64,000 nucleotides of DNA from Alphaproteobacteria bacterium (GCA_965248835.1 CBDFLJ010000002.1:960001-1024000), one strand, 5' to 3'. Positions 17,869 to 28,125 are shown, counted from the first letter of the stretch. The notes: generated by a model not told the origin, from the sequence alone. Translations and numbers: made by a program.

Positions 17869-20283
17869 TCACTGGCAGTTGGTCTGCAACGGCTTGTGGG
17901 ATTGCGGCTGTTTCGCGAGCACGTTGATGATCATGTCCGCAACGACGGGCACCCGGTTGAACGTGTGACCGCCGAGCGCATCCGAGACCGCGCTCAGATA
18001 GGCCGATGATGCCGAGCCCTGAATGGGCTCGCCGACGCCCTTGGCGCCGACCGGGTTCTGGGGGTCATGCGCCCCTTCCACCGCGAGCGAGGCCATCTGC
18101 ACGGGTACGTCCAGATAGGTCGGCGGCTTCGACTGGTAGTAGCCCAGGGCGTTGGGCCGCCCATAGGCCGGGTCGTAGACATAACGCTCGGCCGCGGCGA
18201 GCCCGAACCCCATCACTGCGCCGCCGCGGATCTGAGCCTCCAGCCCTTGCGGGTGCAGCACCTGGCCGACATCGGCGACGCCGAGATAATCGATCACCTC
18301 GACCTTGCCGGTCTCCGGATCCAGCTCGATCTCGATGAAGGCCGCGGCGAGAGCGGGGACCACCCCATTCTTGGGGAGCTTGTCCTTGGCAACGCCGATC
18401 AATCCCGTACCCGCGATCATCCTGGCGGCCGCCTTGGTCAACCCCTTGAGCTCGGGGTCGACCTCATGGGCGGCGTATTTGCCGCCGAGCTCGATCGCCT
18501 TCTTTGCCGCCTGGGCGAAGGTGATCGATCCGGCGCCGTTCTTGGCGACCACGCGCTCGTTGTCGAGCTTGTAGTCGTCGGGCGCGCCGCCAAGCATCGC
18601 CGCGCCGATCTCCAACAGCTTCTGCTTGGCGTCCATCGCTGCGGCGTAGTTGGTCCGGGTCATCGTGAAAGAGGTGTTGGATCCGAACTGGCCGATATTG
18701 AACGGCATCGCCTTCAGGCTGCCGCCGCGTTCGATGACCGTGTTGTTCCAGTCATAGCCCAGCACCTCGGCCGCAACCCGCGAGGTGGCCGCGTAGGAAT
18801 AGGTGCCGAGATTGCCGACGCCGGTGTGGATATGGAGGATTCCATCCGGCGTGATACGGACCATGCCGTCCCAGCCGTTATACCCGGCGGCGTGATAGGC
18901 CTGGCCGATCCCGATCGCTCTGATCTTGCCGTCTTTCTGTTTGCCGGCCTGCTTGACCCGCTCGGCATAGCCGAACTTCTCGGCAGCCTGCTCCAGCCCT
19001 TCACGGAGATAGGCGCTGGTCAGGGGCGCACGCTTCGGGCCTATCTTGCCGTTAGGTCCGCCACCCGGCGCGTTCGCCAGGCGCAGCGCGAGTCGGTCGA
19101 TCCCCAGTTCACGCGCCCCCTTGTCGAGGAGCGGCTCCAGGATATTGGCGGTCTGGTTTTCTCCCGGGCCCCGCTGGGCACCCTTCGGCGGCGTGTTGGT
19201 GAGCACCGGTATGCCGCGGAACCGCATGGCCTCGGGCTGCAAAATGACCGAGGACGCCATGCCGAAGTTCTGGAAGTCCCAGAATCCGGCGGTCGAGCCG
19301 TTGTCCTGCACGACATAGCTGTCGAGCGCCAGCACGCGGCCGTCGGCGCCGAAGCCGATCTTGACCCAGCCCTGGAAGCCGGCGCGCGCGGAGCCGTTAT
19401 AGAACTCGTCGGCGCGGCTGATCCGCATCAGCACCGGGCGCCCGTTGAGCTTCTTCGACATCAGGGCGGGCAACGCCATCAGCGGATAGGAATAGGCCTT
19501 GCCGCCGAAGCCGCCGCCGCAGAACTCGCTGACCAGGTTGAGGTCCGTCGGCTTGATGCCGATATATTTGGCCAGGCTCGGCACGGCGAAGGACGAGGAC
19601 TGGGTCGAGCCCCAGACATGGCACTTGCCGTTCGCCCAATAGGCGGCGGCGGAGCGCGGCTCCATCGCGTGATGCGCGTTCGCCGCGCTGACGAAGGACT
19701 CCTCGACGACGACCTTGGCTTTGGCGAAACCGCCCTCGACATCGCCATAGGACCAATCCGCCGCCGGCTTGCCCATCGGCAGCTTGTCGTCGCCGGCACG
19801 GGCGAAGTCCTTGCCGGTCCACTTGATCTCTTGCAACTTGATGCCCTGGCGGTTGGCGACGTTGCCGCCGACATGGGCGTTCGGCCCGTCCGGCCGCAGG
19901 CTGTCCAGCGGATCGATGCAGAACGGCAGCGGTTCCACCACCACCTTCGCTGCCGCGATCGCGTCTTCGGCCTGTTGCTCGGTCATCGCCGCCACGGCGA
20001 GGATCGGCTGGCCCACGAACACCGGGTAATCGGTCAGGATCGCATGCCCGGCGTCCTTGGGCTGCTTGATCTCGCTCGCCACCAGCACGCCGACGACCCC
20101 TGGCATGCGCTTGATGCCGTCGACATCGATCGACTTGACCTTGCCGTGCGGCATTGGCGAGGGGAAGGTCTTGAGGAACACCATGCCGTCGGCACGGAAA
20201 TCCTCGGCGTATTTCGCAGCGCCGGTGACCTTGGCGTGAAGGTCCGGCGGGGTGAAGTTCTTGCCGATCAGCGAATAGGCCAT
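17869..20283 (-). CDS. Molybdopterin-binding large subunit (PaoC-like aldehyde oxidoreductase)
   Basis: AKVTGAAKYAED, HHAMEPRS, CGGGFGGK, GAQRGPGE, GAKGVGE. Confidence 0.93.
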   Translation of the reverse strand: MAYSLIGKNFTPPDLHAKVTGAAKYAEDFRADGMVFLKTFPSPMPHGKVKSIDVDGIKRMPGVVGVLVASEIKQPKDAGHAILTDYPVFVGQPILAVAAMTEQQAEDAIAAAKVVVEPLPFCIDPLDSLRPDGPNAHVGGNVANRQGIKLQEIKWTGKDFARAGDDKLPMGKPAADWSYGDVEGGFAKAKVVVEESFVSAANAHHAMEPRSAAAYWANGKCHVWGSTQSSSFAVPSLAKYIGIKPTDLNLVSEFCGGGFGGKAYSYPLMALPALMSKKLNGRPVLMRISRADEFYNGSARAGFQGWVKIGFGADGRVLALDSYVVQDNGSTAGFWDFQNFGMASSVILQPEAMRFRGIPVLTNTPPKGAQRGPGENQTANILEPLLDKGARELGIDRLALRLANAPGGGPNGKIGPKRAPLTSAYLREGLEQAAEKFGYAERVKQAGKQKDGKIRAIGIGQAYHAAGYNGWDGMVRITPDGILHIHTGVGNLGTYSYAATSRVAAEVLGYDWNNTVIERGGSLKAMPFNIGQFGSNTSFTMTRTNYAAAMDAKQKLLEIGAAMLGGAPDDYKLDNERVVAKNGAGSITFAQAAKKAIELGGKYAAHEVDPELKGLTKAAARMIAGTGLIGVAKDKLPKNGVVPALAAAFIEIELDPETGKVEVIDYLGVADVGQVLHPQGLEAQIRGGAVMGFGLAAAERYVYDPAYGRPNALGYYQSKPPTYLDVPVQMASLAVEGAHDPQNPVGAKGVGEPIQGSASSAYLSAVSDALGGHTFNRVPVVADMIINVLAKQPQSHKPLQTNCQ

Positions 20284-20286
20284 GAT

Positions 20287-21015
20287 CTATGCCCTCCCAG
20301 CCGCGCGCATCACGCCGGCGAGGTAATGGTTGTAGGCGCCGCATCTGCACAGATTGCCCGACATCCCGCGACGGGCCTCTTCCGCCGTGGGTTTCGGGTT
20401 CTTTTTCAACAGCCCGACCGCCGCCATCACCTGGCCCGGCGTGCAGAAGCCGCATTGCGGCCCGAGCTCGTCGATGAACGCCTGCTGCACCGGGTGGAGC
20501 GTGCCGTCCGGTGCAGCGACGCCTTCGACGGTCGTGATCTTCTTGCCGCGGACCTGGTGGGCCAGCGTCGAGCAGGAATAGATCGGGATGTCGTCGGCCA
20601 GAACGGTGCAGGCGCCGCATTCGGCCCGATTGCAGCCGATCTTGGTGCCCGTCATGCCGAGACGGTAGCGGATCGTCTGGGCCAGCGTCTCGCTCGGCGG
20701 GACATCGACGCGGCGCGTCCTCCCGTTGATGTTGAGCGTGATCAGCCGCTCGACCCCGCGCACCGCCGCGCGCGCCTCGCCCGATTGCACCGTGAACATG
20801 TAGGCGGACGCCGAAACCGCGACCCCCGAACAGACGACGCCGCGCAGGAACGCACGGCGGCTGGTGCCGCTCGCCTGCCAATTCGCCGCGGGCAACTCAG
20901 CGAGATTGCCGGCGACTTCGGGGGTTGCCGGAATCCACGCGAAGTCGTCCGCCGGATCGGGCGGAAATTCGGGGGCTTCGAACGCCGCCGCCTCATCCTG
21001 ACGATTTTGGATCAT
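20287..21015 (-). CDS. 2x[2Fe-2S] subunit with twin-arginine signal (PaoA-like)
   Basis: SRRAFLRG Tat motif, hydrophobic stretch, ARA cleavage site; [29 protein letters not shown]; start codon choice uncertain. Confidence 0.9.
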   Translation of the reverse strand: MIQNRQDEAAAFEAPEFPPDPADDFAWIPATPEVAGNLAELPAANWQASGTSRRAFLRGVVCSGVAVSASAYMFTVQSGEARAAVRGVERLITLNINGRTRRVDVPPSETLAQTIRYRLGMTGTKIGCNRAECGACTVLADDIPIYSCSTLAHQVRGKKITTVEGVAAPDGTLHPVQQAFIDELGPQCGFCTPGQVMAAVGLLKKNPKPTAEEARRGMSGNLCRCGAYNHYLAGVMRAAGRA

Positions 21016-21114
21016 GACGTCTCCCTCATCGAAAACCCGTTGCCGACCGCTGCCGGGCTGCGGAATTATAAAAAGCGTACCCCGAACACCCTCATAGACC
21101 AAGGGAGATCGCGC

Positions 21115-21138
21115 TTATCTACAACCGGCTGTGGATAA
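21115..21138. promoter_or_regulatory. Inverted repeat operator, or a paired DnaA-box-like site, in a divergent promoter region
   Basis: TTATCTACA-accggc-TGTGGATAA; the right arm is a perfect reverse-complement TTATCCACA, the left has 1 mismatch. Confidence 0.5.
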
Positions 21139-21396
21139 AACGCGGCACCGCCACGCGCTGTGCCGGGCAGGCGATCACCGGCATCTTCCCGCCAAGAGCT
21201 GCAGACCGGGACCAGCAAGCTGCACGTGCCGCCCCGCCCCGCCTCGCCCGCCAGGTTTACGCCGGTTGCCGACTGTCATTTTTCCCCTGATGCGATTAGT
21301 TTCTTCCGGCGGCGCAACGCTTTTTCTTCAGTCCGGCGTGCAAATCCGTTGCTCTGGCCGACGCCTGGGCGGGCAAACGGCGGGATATCGAAAAGG

Positions 21397-22389
21397 ATGG
21401 CCAAGGGGCTCGGAATCCGATTCGACGGATTCGATCACATGTCGGATACGCTTGAGGTTGTCCGCGAGGCGGAGAAAGCAGGCGCAAACCAGATCTGGAT
21501 GGCGGAGCATATGGGCTATCGCGAGGCCGTTGTCGCCTGCATGGCTTACGCGATGTCGACCGAGGCTGCGACGGTGATTCCGACGGCGCTCAGCCCGTAC
21601 CTGTGGCACCCCACCCCCACGGCGATGTCGCTTGCGACGCTGGCTGATGTAGCGCCGGGTAGGGTCGGCGTCGCGGTCGGCGTGGGCAATCCGCTCTTTC
21701 TCGGCGAGTCGGGTATCGAGCCGGTCAAACCGGTGCGGGCCGTTCGTGAATTCGTCGAATGCCTGCGCGCGCTGTGGACCGGCGAAGCGGTGACCTATGA
21801 CGGGGAATTTTTCCGGCTTTCCGGAGCACGCATGACCTTCTCTCCGTCGCATCCGATTCCGATATATATCGCAGCAACCCGAGAACGGATGCTGCGGCTT
21901 ACCGGACGTATTGCCGACGGGGTGGTGCTGTCCGGTGGGCTGTCCGTCGCTCATATCAGATACAGTCTCGGGCAGATGGCCGACGGTGCGCGGGCGGCGG
22001 GCCGCGATCCGGCCGAACTCCGCAATGCCGCCTTTCTCTACTTCTCGGTTTCCGCGGACGGGCGAGAGGCCGTGGACTACCTGCGCGGACGGCTCGCCTT
22101 CCTGTTTCGCAATCACACGATGGCGGACAATATCCGCTCGTCCGGCCTTCCCATCGATCACGAAGCCATCATCGATGCCGTCGCAAGGCGTGACATGGCG
22201 TTGGCGAGGCGCCTCGTTCCCGACGACGCGGTGGACGCTTTTGCGGTCGGCGGCACACCGCGAAACTGTCGCGATCGGCTTGCCGCCTATCTCGATACCG
22301 ATGTCACGGAGCCGGTTATCCAGATCAGCGGCTCGCCGGAAAGCCGGGCACTCGCGCTTGAAATCCTCAGGGAATTTGCGGCCGCATGA
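21397..22389 (+). CDS. LLM-class (luciferase-like/Mer-like) flavin- or F420-dependent oxidoreductase
   Basis: IWMAEH, SPYLWHPTPTAMSLATL, PIPIYIAA, GRIADGV; AAAGG RBS. Confidence 0.9.
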   Translation: MAKGLGIRFDGFDHMSDTLEVVREAEKAGANQIWMAEHMGYREAVVACMAYAMSTEAATVIPTALSPYLWHPTPTAMSLATLADVAPGRVGVAVGVGNPLFLGESGIEPVKPVRAVREFVECLRALWTGEAVTYDGEFFRLSGARMTFSPSHPIPIYIAATRERMLRLTGRIADGVVLSGGLSVAHIRYSLGQMADGARAAGRDPAELRNAAFLYFSVSADGREAVDYLRGRLAFLFRNHTMADNIRSSGLPIDHEAIIDAVARRDMALARRLVPDDAVDAFAVGGTPRNCRDRLAAYLDTDVTEPVIQISGSPESRALALEILREFAAA

Positions 22390-22406
22390 TGTCTGCCTGA
22401 AAGCCG

Positions 22407-24695
22407 ATGCGGACGTTCCAACCAGGCCGGCCGATACGGCGCAGCGAGGATCGTCGGCTGCTGACCGGCCGCGGCCGATTCCTCGATGACCGGACGTCGT
22501 CGGACACCGCGTATGGAGCGTTCGTGCGTTCACCGCACGCCCATGCCCGGATCTTGACCATCGACATGGCAGAAGCGCGCGCGGTGCCGGGCGTTCTCGC
22601 CGTCCTCACCGGGGAGGACTATGCGGCGGACGGGCTCGGCTTGCTGACATGCGGCGAACACGCGCTCAGGCGTGACGGATCGCCGATGAGGGTGCCGCCC
22701 CATCCTGCCTTGCCGATCGACCGCGTCCGCCATGTCGGCGAGGCCGTGGTCATGGTCATTGCCGAAACCGAGGCGATTGCCAGGGATGCCGCCGAACGCG
22801 TAAGGGTGGACTACGAACCGCTCGGCGCGATGACCGATACGGCGCGCGCCCACGCCCGCGATGCCCCGCTGGTCTGGGACGACTGTCCCGACAATGAAGC
22901 CTTCGTTGCCAGAGTTGGCGACCGGCATGCCTGCGACCGCGTAGAGGCGGAAGCGGCGTATCTTGTCGAACAACGGCTGGTCAACCAGCGCGTCGCCGCG
23001 AATTCGATGGAACCGCGCGGGGCCTTCGCATTTTTCGATGGCGATGTCGGCCGTTTCACGCTCTATGCCGGGGTTCACAGCCCCCATCTCCTGCGCGTGA
23101 CACTGGCGCGGGACATCTTCGGGCTTCCGCCGCGCTGTTTTCGCATTGTAACCGGCGACATCGGCGGCAGCTTCGGTATGCGCGGCGCAACCTATCCCGA
23201 GCTTGTCCTCGTGCTGTGGGCAGCACGCCGGCTGGCCCGGCCGGTCAAATGGATCGCGACCCGCAGCGAGGGCCTGATCAGCGACGACCACGGGCGCGAT
23301 GTGATCAGCGACGCCCGTCTGGCGCTTGACTCCGAAGGCCGCATTCTCGGTTTGCGTGCGGCGGTGACCGTCAATCTCGGTGCGTATCTTGCGGTCAAGG
23401 GGCCGCGTTCACCCTTGAACACACTGAGCCTGTTGTCCGGTGTCTACCGGATTCCGGTTTTCGATCTGGAAGCGGTCGGCGTGTACACCCATACCAACGC
23501 AACCTCTCCCTATCGCGGTGCCGGCGGTCCGGAAGCGGCTTATATCATCGAGCGGTTGCTCGACAAGGCTGCCCGAACGCTCCGGGTCGATCGCATCGCG
23601 TTGCGTCGACGAAACCTGATCGGCGAGCCCGCCATGCCCTACGATACCGGCCTCGGCTGGGTCTATGACAGCGGTGCCTTCGAACGGGCGATGGACATCG
23701 CGGTGCGGCAGGCCGACCTGGAAGGGTACGATATCCGCCGCGTCGCATCGCGCCGAATCGGACGCCTGCGCGGTGTCGGCATCTGCAACGCGATCGAACA
23801 GACAGCTCGTTCCGGCGCGGAGGAGGCGGCGATCCGGCTGGATCGCGATGGCGGCGTGACGGTTTGCGTCGGGACGGCGCCGCAAGGACAAGGTCATGAG
23901 ACCGTCTACCACCAACTCGTGAGCGCCGCACTGGGTCTCGATGTGGATGCGATACGCGTGCTGACAGGCGATACCGATGTGATTTCGACCGGCGGCGGTA
24001 CTTTCAATTCGCGCTCGCTCGTCTGCGGCGGTACGGCCGTGATATTGGCCGCTGAAGATTTAACCGACGCCGGCAGGGAGATTGCCGCCGAGATCCTCGA
24101 AGCGGCGAAGACCGATATCGCGTTTGCCGCGGGACGGTACGCGGTTGCCGGAACAGACCGGTCGGTGTCCTTGATCGACGTGGCGGCGAGAACAAGCGAA
24201 GGTCTCAACGGCGGGGCGCGCTACGCCCCGGACTCCGCGACGTTTCCCAACGGAACCCATGTATGCGAGGTCGAGATCGACCCGGAGACGGGCGAGGCCG
24301 CCATCGCGCGTTACGTCGCGGTCGATGATGTCGGCACGGTAATCAATCCGCTTCTGCTCGACGGGCAGATTCATGGCGGCGTGGCCCAGGGCATCGGGCA
24401 GGCACTATTCGAAAGAATCGTGTTCGATCGGGAGAACGGTCAGAATCTCACGGGCTCGTTCATGGATTACGCCATGCCGCGGGCCGACGATCTCTGTTTC
24501 GTCGAAACCGGATCCAGCCCCGTACCGACCGCCCTCAACCCTCTCGGAGCAAAGGGGGCGGGTGAGGCCGGGACGGTGGGCGCGCTGCCGGCGGTGATGT
24601 GTGCCATCGCCGATGCACTCGGCTCCGAGGAGGCCGAAGACCTCGACATGCCGGCGACACCGGAACGAATTTGGCGCATATTGAGCCGCGCCTGA
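22407..24695 (+). CDS. Orphan xanthine dehydrogenase family Mo large subunit (CoxL form II-like)
   Basis: RRSEDRRLLTGRG, IGGSFG, PYRGAGGPE, QGQGHET, GAKGAGE; no adjacent FeS or FAD subunit gene. Confidence 0.92.
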   Translation: MRTFQPGRPIRRSEDRRLLTGRGRFLDDRTSSDTAYGAFVRSPHAHARILTIDMAEARAVPGVLAVLTGEDYAADGLGLLTCGEHALRRDGSPMRVPPHPALPIDRVRHVGEAVVMVIAETEAIARDAAERVRVDYEPLGAMTDTARAHARDAPLVWDDCPDNEAFVARVGDRHACDRVEAEAAYLVEQRLVNQRVAANSMEPRGAFAFFDGDVGRFTLYAGVHSPHLLRVTLARDIFGLPPRCFRIVTGDIGGSFGMRGATYPELVLVLWAARRLARPVKWIATRSEGLISDDHGRDVISDARLALDSEGRILGLRAAVTVNLGAYLAVKGPRSPLNTLSLLSGVYRIPVFDLEAVGVYTHTNATSPYRGAGGPEAAYIIERLLDKAARTLRVDRIALRRRNLIGEPAMPYDTGLGWVYDSGAFERAMDIAVRQADLEGYDIRRVASRRIGRLRGVGICNAIEQTARSGAEEAAIRLDRDGGVTVCVGTAPQGQGHETVYHQLVSAALGLDVDAIRVLTGDTDVISTGGGTFNSRSLVCGGTAVILAAEDLTDAGREIAAEILEAAKTDIAFAAGRYAVAGTDRSVSLIDVAARTSEGLNGGARYAPDSATFPNGTHVCEVEIDPETGEAAIARYVAVDDVGTVINPLLLDGQIHGGVAQGIGQALFERIVFDRENGQNLTGSFMDYAMPRADDLCFVETGSSPVPTALNPLGAKGAGEAGTVGALPAVMCAIADALGSEEAEDLDMPATPERIWRILSRA

Positions 24696-25000
24696 ATCAG
24701 CGGCGTCCCGGCCTTCGGCGTTCCGTCCACGTCTTTTCTCGAGAATTTTTACCGAGCCGGGCTGACGACCTGGCAAGCGGCGGAGAGCGGCGTCATCTCC
24801 CGCGCCTGTATCGAAAGCGAGCCCAACAAGTTGACCAGGAGCCCGCCGCTGCCTGACTCGCCCCGCCGCCACTGGCTTCACAAGTCCGGAGATCCGACGC
24901 ACCGTTCATCGACGCCGGGGCGCAGCGGTACTGCTATCTTATGCAGACTTTAGAGGTCAGGCGGTGTAGAGCCGAAGCCGGGGCGACTGATGGATGTCAC

Positions 25001-26242
25001 TCAAGCCGGTTGCCCCACCAACGCTTCGGCCTCTAGGCGCCCTGCGTCAAGCAGTTCCGCCCGGGCGCGGGCTTTCCAGTCGGCTCGCATCATGAAACCG
25101 GGCTCGGAGCGGCAACGCGCCTCGGAGACACTGAGGATTTCCTCGTCGGACAGCGAGAAGTCGAGCGGCCAAGCGCTGGGTGCCGGCGTGTACCAGACCG
25201 ATTCACGACTTAGCTCGATCGTGTTGCCCTCGGGATCGTCACAGTAAAGCGACAGCGAATTGCCATGATCAACGGGACGGTAACCGTCAACGTCAGGATG
25301 GGCATGCATGCGTTCATGAACACCGCGTAAGGCCGAGATCGACGGCACCCTGAAAGTGACCTGGTTGATGCTGCTCGGCACGTCCGCCGGGCGTCCGGCG
25401 ACAAGGACAATCTGAGCGATTTGATTGGGGTCGCGGGTGAGGTAGACGACCTCTGCCGCCGGCACCTCGCCGACCGCCGCTCGGCGACCGCGCCCTGTGA
25501 CGAGATAGCCCAATGCGCTTACATAGAAAGAGGTGAGGGCATCGAGATCGCTCGCTCGCATGCCGATACGGAACATAGCGACGCGCGGAAACGGCTCGGC
25601 GCGCTTTGTTTTGAAGTCATTGCGGAAAACCGCTGCGGCGCCGGCGGGTGGAGGGTCGATCGAGGGTGTCGCCTGTATCTGCAGCTTGCCGCTTGCCGCA
25701 AGTGCGGCCTCGGCCTCCGCTCGCCATTGGGAGCGGTGGCAGAAGCCGACGTGATCTTCGCACCGACTCCGCGTTGTCGCACGGATCGCTTCGTCGTCAG
25801 ACTGAAGATCGAGCGGCCAAGCCTGCGGTTGCGGTACGAACCAGCCGGTGTCGACGTCGATGCTCACTGGAATGCCTGTCGGATCCGTGAAACGGAGCGT
25901 CCAGGACACACCATGATCAACCGCGGTGATGCCGGTCATGTCCGGTTCCCTCGCCAGCAGCGACGCAATCCGCCTGAGCTCACCCAGACTGGGTGCCAGG
26001 AAGCCCACGTCGGCCACGGTCGTCGGGTGTGCCGGATCACGGCCGCTCACGGCCACGAGCTGGTGATGCTCGAACGGGCGGCGGGTCATGAAGCAGATCC
26101 GCTGTTCACTCAGCCCGCCATCGTCGCTGACGCCAAATCCGAACACGCGCGTCCAGAAGTCGACAGCGCGGTCGTAGGCATCGGTGTAATAACCGAAATG
26201 GCTGAACACCAGAGGTGCCGCGGTTGAGTCTTGAGACGTCAT
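25001..26242 (-). CDS. Tandem-duplicated VOC (glyoxalase/extradiol dioxygenase family) protein
   Basis: Two homologous halves, each with FY/FW-xxx-G, RxP..QLV/QIV, DHGxS, DPxG, W(F/Y)xPxPxAWPLDxxxxDExI. Confidence 0.85.
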   Translation of the reverse strand: MTSQDSTAAPLVFSHFGYYTDAYDRAVDFWTRVFGFGVSDDGGLSEQRICFMTRRPFEHHQLVAVSGRDPAHPTTVADVGFLAPSLGELRRIASLLAREPDMTGITAVDHGVSWTLRFTDPTGIPVSIDVDTGWFVPQPQAWPLDLQSDDEAIRATTRSRCEDHVGFCHRSQWRAEAEAALAASGKLQIQATPSIDPPPAGAAAVFRNDFKTKRAEPFPRVAMFRIGMRASDLDALTSFYVSALGYLVTGRGRRAAVGEVPAAEVVYLTRDPNQIAQIVLVAGRPADVPSSINQVTFRVPSISALRGVHERMHAHPDVDGYRPVDHGNSLSLYCDDPEGNTIELSRESVWYTPAPSAWPLDFSLSDEEILSVSEARCRSEPGFMMRADWKARARAELLDAGRLEAEALVGQPA

Positions 26243-26753
26243 GATCTAAGCCTGCCCTCGTGGTTCCGTATGCTGTCATAGAGAATAATATCGGTTGGAA
26301 GCTCTTGACTATATATGCTTCGGATGAGGTGAGCATGGCGCCAATTCCTCCGATCCGCAAGCAGATTGCGCAAAGTAGCCGTGGGTTGGGACATCCAACA
26401 GATGGATATCAGGAGAGAGCCGCTCTGTGGATTTCCATGCCGAAAGTCGGGCGTCGCACGGTCTTGGCCGGATAGGCACCGAGTCGTTACGACCTGATGG
26501 CCAAGGGTCAGGTCATCAGATCTCCGGGAAATTCGGCACGCGGGTCGGCAGCGAAATTGCGGGCCGCCGCGCCCCTTCTTGACTCAACGAAATTCGACCC
26601 TGAACACCGTTCCTCGGCCCGCCCGGGCAACAAATTCGGGGATTCGTTGCACGCGACAGGGGCGCGCGGGATAATCCAACCCCTCGATGCAGGTTTGCCG
26701 TAACGAAGGCCTCATATTGCGATGGCCGGATACCATAGCTCCAAAGGTGTGAC

Positions 26754-27872
26754 ATGGCCGTCAATCGGATCGCTATCTTCGGTGCCGGTGGGGGCGGCTC
26801 ATCGGCGGCCGCGCATCTGACTACTCTAGGGTTCGAGATACGCCTCTACAGTCAGGATCAGCATGCCTTAGCGCCCCTCCGGAAAATCGGCGGCATCCAC
26901 TATACGGCACCTTTCGGCGACGGATTTGCGCCGTTGGCGCTGATCACCGACGATGCGGAAGCGGCAATGGACGGTGCGGAACTCGTGATGATCGTCAGCC
27001 CCGCTCACCTTCACGAGAAATGGATTTCTGCCGCCGCCCCGCACCTGACCGAGGATCAGGTTCTTTTCGTCTCGCCTGGCCATACGCTCCTGCTCATACC
27101 GCATGTGCTCCGGGAGCATGGTATTGCGCATCCCGTCTTCTGCGAGACCGCGACGCTGCCCTATCTTTGTCGCCGTATAGAACCGGCGAAATGCCGGATT
27201 TCACGGGTGTCGGATTTCATGGTGTTCGGCGGATTTCCCGGACGCGAGACGGAACGGCTTTACGAGGTCGTGAAAACCGTCTACCCGGCGGTGCAGCCTT
27301 TTTCCAATGTGCTCGAGACTGTATTCCCCTATGGCAACGCCATTCACCACCCCCCGGCCGTACTGTGTAATGCGGGTCGCATCGAGGCCACGGGCGGCGA
27401 CTTCCGCCACTATTACGACGGCATCACGCCGTCGGTCGGCCGGCTGATCGATGCCGTCGACCGCGAGCGAGTAGCCGTCGCCGACGCACTCAATGCGCGA
27501 ACCATGCCGTTTGTCGAGCTCTTCTGGCGCATGGGCTATACGACTGACGAAGCGGGTGCCTCCGGCCTTGCCTACGAGGCTTTCCACCAAAGCGAACCCG
27601 ACAGGTGGATCATGGCACCGACAAGCCTCGATCATCGCTACCTGCTCGAAGACGTACCCTACGGCCACCTGATCTATTCGGAACTAGGCCGCATCGCCGG
27701 CGTGTCAACGCCGACGATCGATCACATCATTCACCTGGCATCGGTGATCATGGAGCGGGATTTTCGTGCCGAGGGGTTGACCCTTGCCAAGATGGGACTC
27801 GGCGATATCACCCGCGACGCCTTTCTCGATCTGCTGGAGTACGGATTCGCCGACCGCGACGGCCCTGCGTGA
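26754..27872 (+). CDS. NAD(P)-dependent opine dehydrogenase (octopine/nopaline dehydrogenase family)
   Basis: IFGAGGGG Rossmann motif, ETATLPY, NAIHHP, HRYLLEDVPYG, GVSTPTID. Confidence 0.9.
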   Translation: MAVNRIAIFGAGGGGSSAAAHLTTLGFEIRLYSQDQHALAPLRKIGGIHYTAPFGDGFAPLALITDDAEAAMDGAELVMIVSPAHLHEKWISAAAPHLTEDQVLFVSPGHTLLLIPHVLREHGIAHPVFCETATLPYLCRRIEPAKCRISRVSDFMVFGGFPGRETERLYEVVKTVYPAVQPFSNVLETVFPYGNAIHHPPAVLCNAGRIEATGGDFRHYYDGITPSVGRLIDAVDRERVAVADALNARTMPFVELFWRMGYTTDEAGASGLAYEAFHQSEPDRWIMAPTSLDHRYLLEDVPYGHLIYSELGRIAGVSTPTIDHIIHLASVIMERDFRAEGLTLAKMGLGDITRDAFLDLLEYGFADRDGPA

Positions 27873-27939
27873 CGGTGTTTGCTGCCGGAGGACGTGGTCT
27901 CGGCGCGTGCGTTGCCAGCGCCGCCGCTGCGCGGCCACG

Positions 27940-28075
27940 TCCGAGGCGTGCATCGAAGGGTTCAGGCTTCATGCCGCCGGCCTCAAGAGCGCGGTCCTCT
28001 ACCACGTGCTCGGACCCGACTGCCTGGTCGCGGTCGATCTGATCGCCGAGCATGTGCGGCCTGCGCTCACCCCCT
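27940..28075 (+). pseudogene. Probable C-terminal scrap of an LLM-type oxidoreductase
   Basis: EACIEGFRLHAAGLKSAVLYHVLGPD..AVDLIAEHVRPAL resembles LLM C-termini; no start. Confidence 0.3.
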
Positions 28076-28125
28076 GGCGGGCCGGCGACCGGCCGATCCG
28101 AGCGGTCCCACCCGAGCGCTTGCGA

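Noticed and set aside
18067-21138. 1023-aa plus-strand ORF (similarly 12882-15215, 45525-47546 and 55517-57976)
   Set aside because: Antisense shadows of well-supported minus-strand genes in high-GC DNA; no motifs
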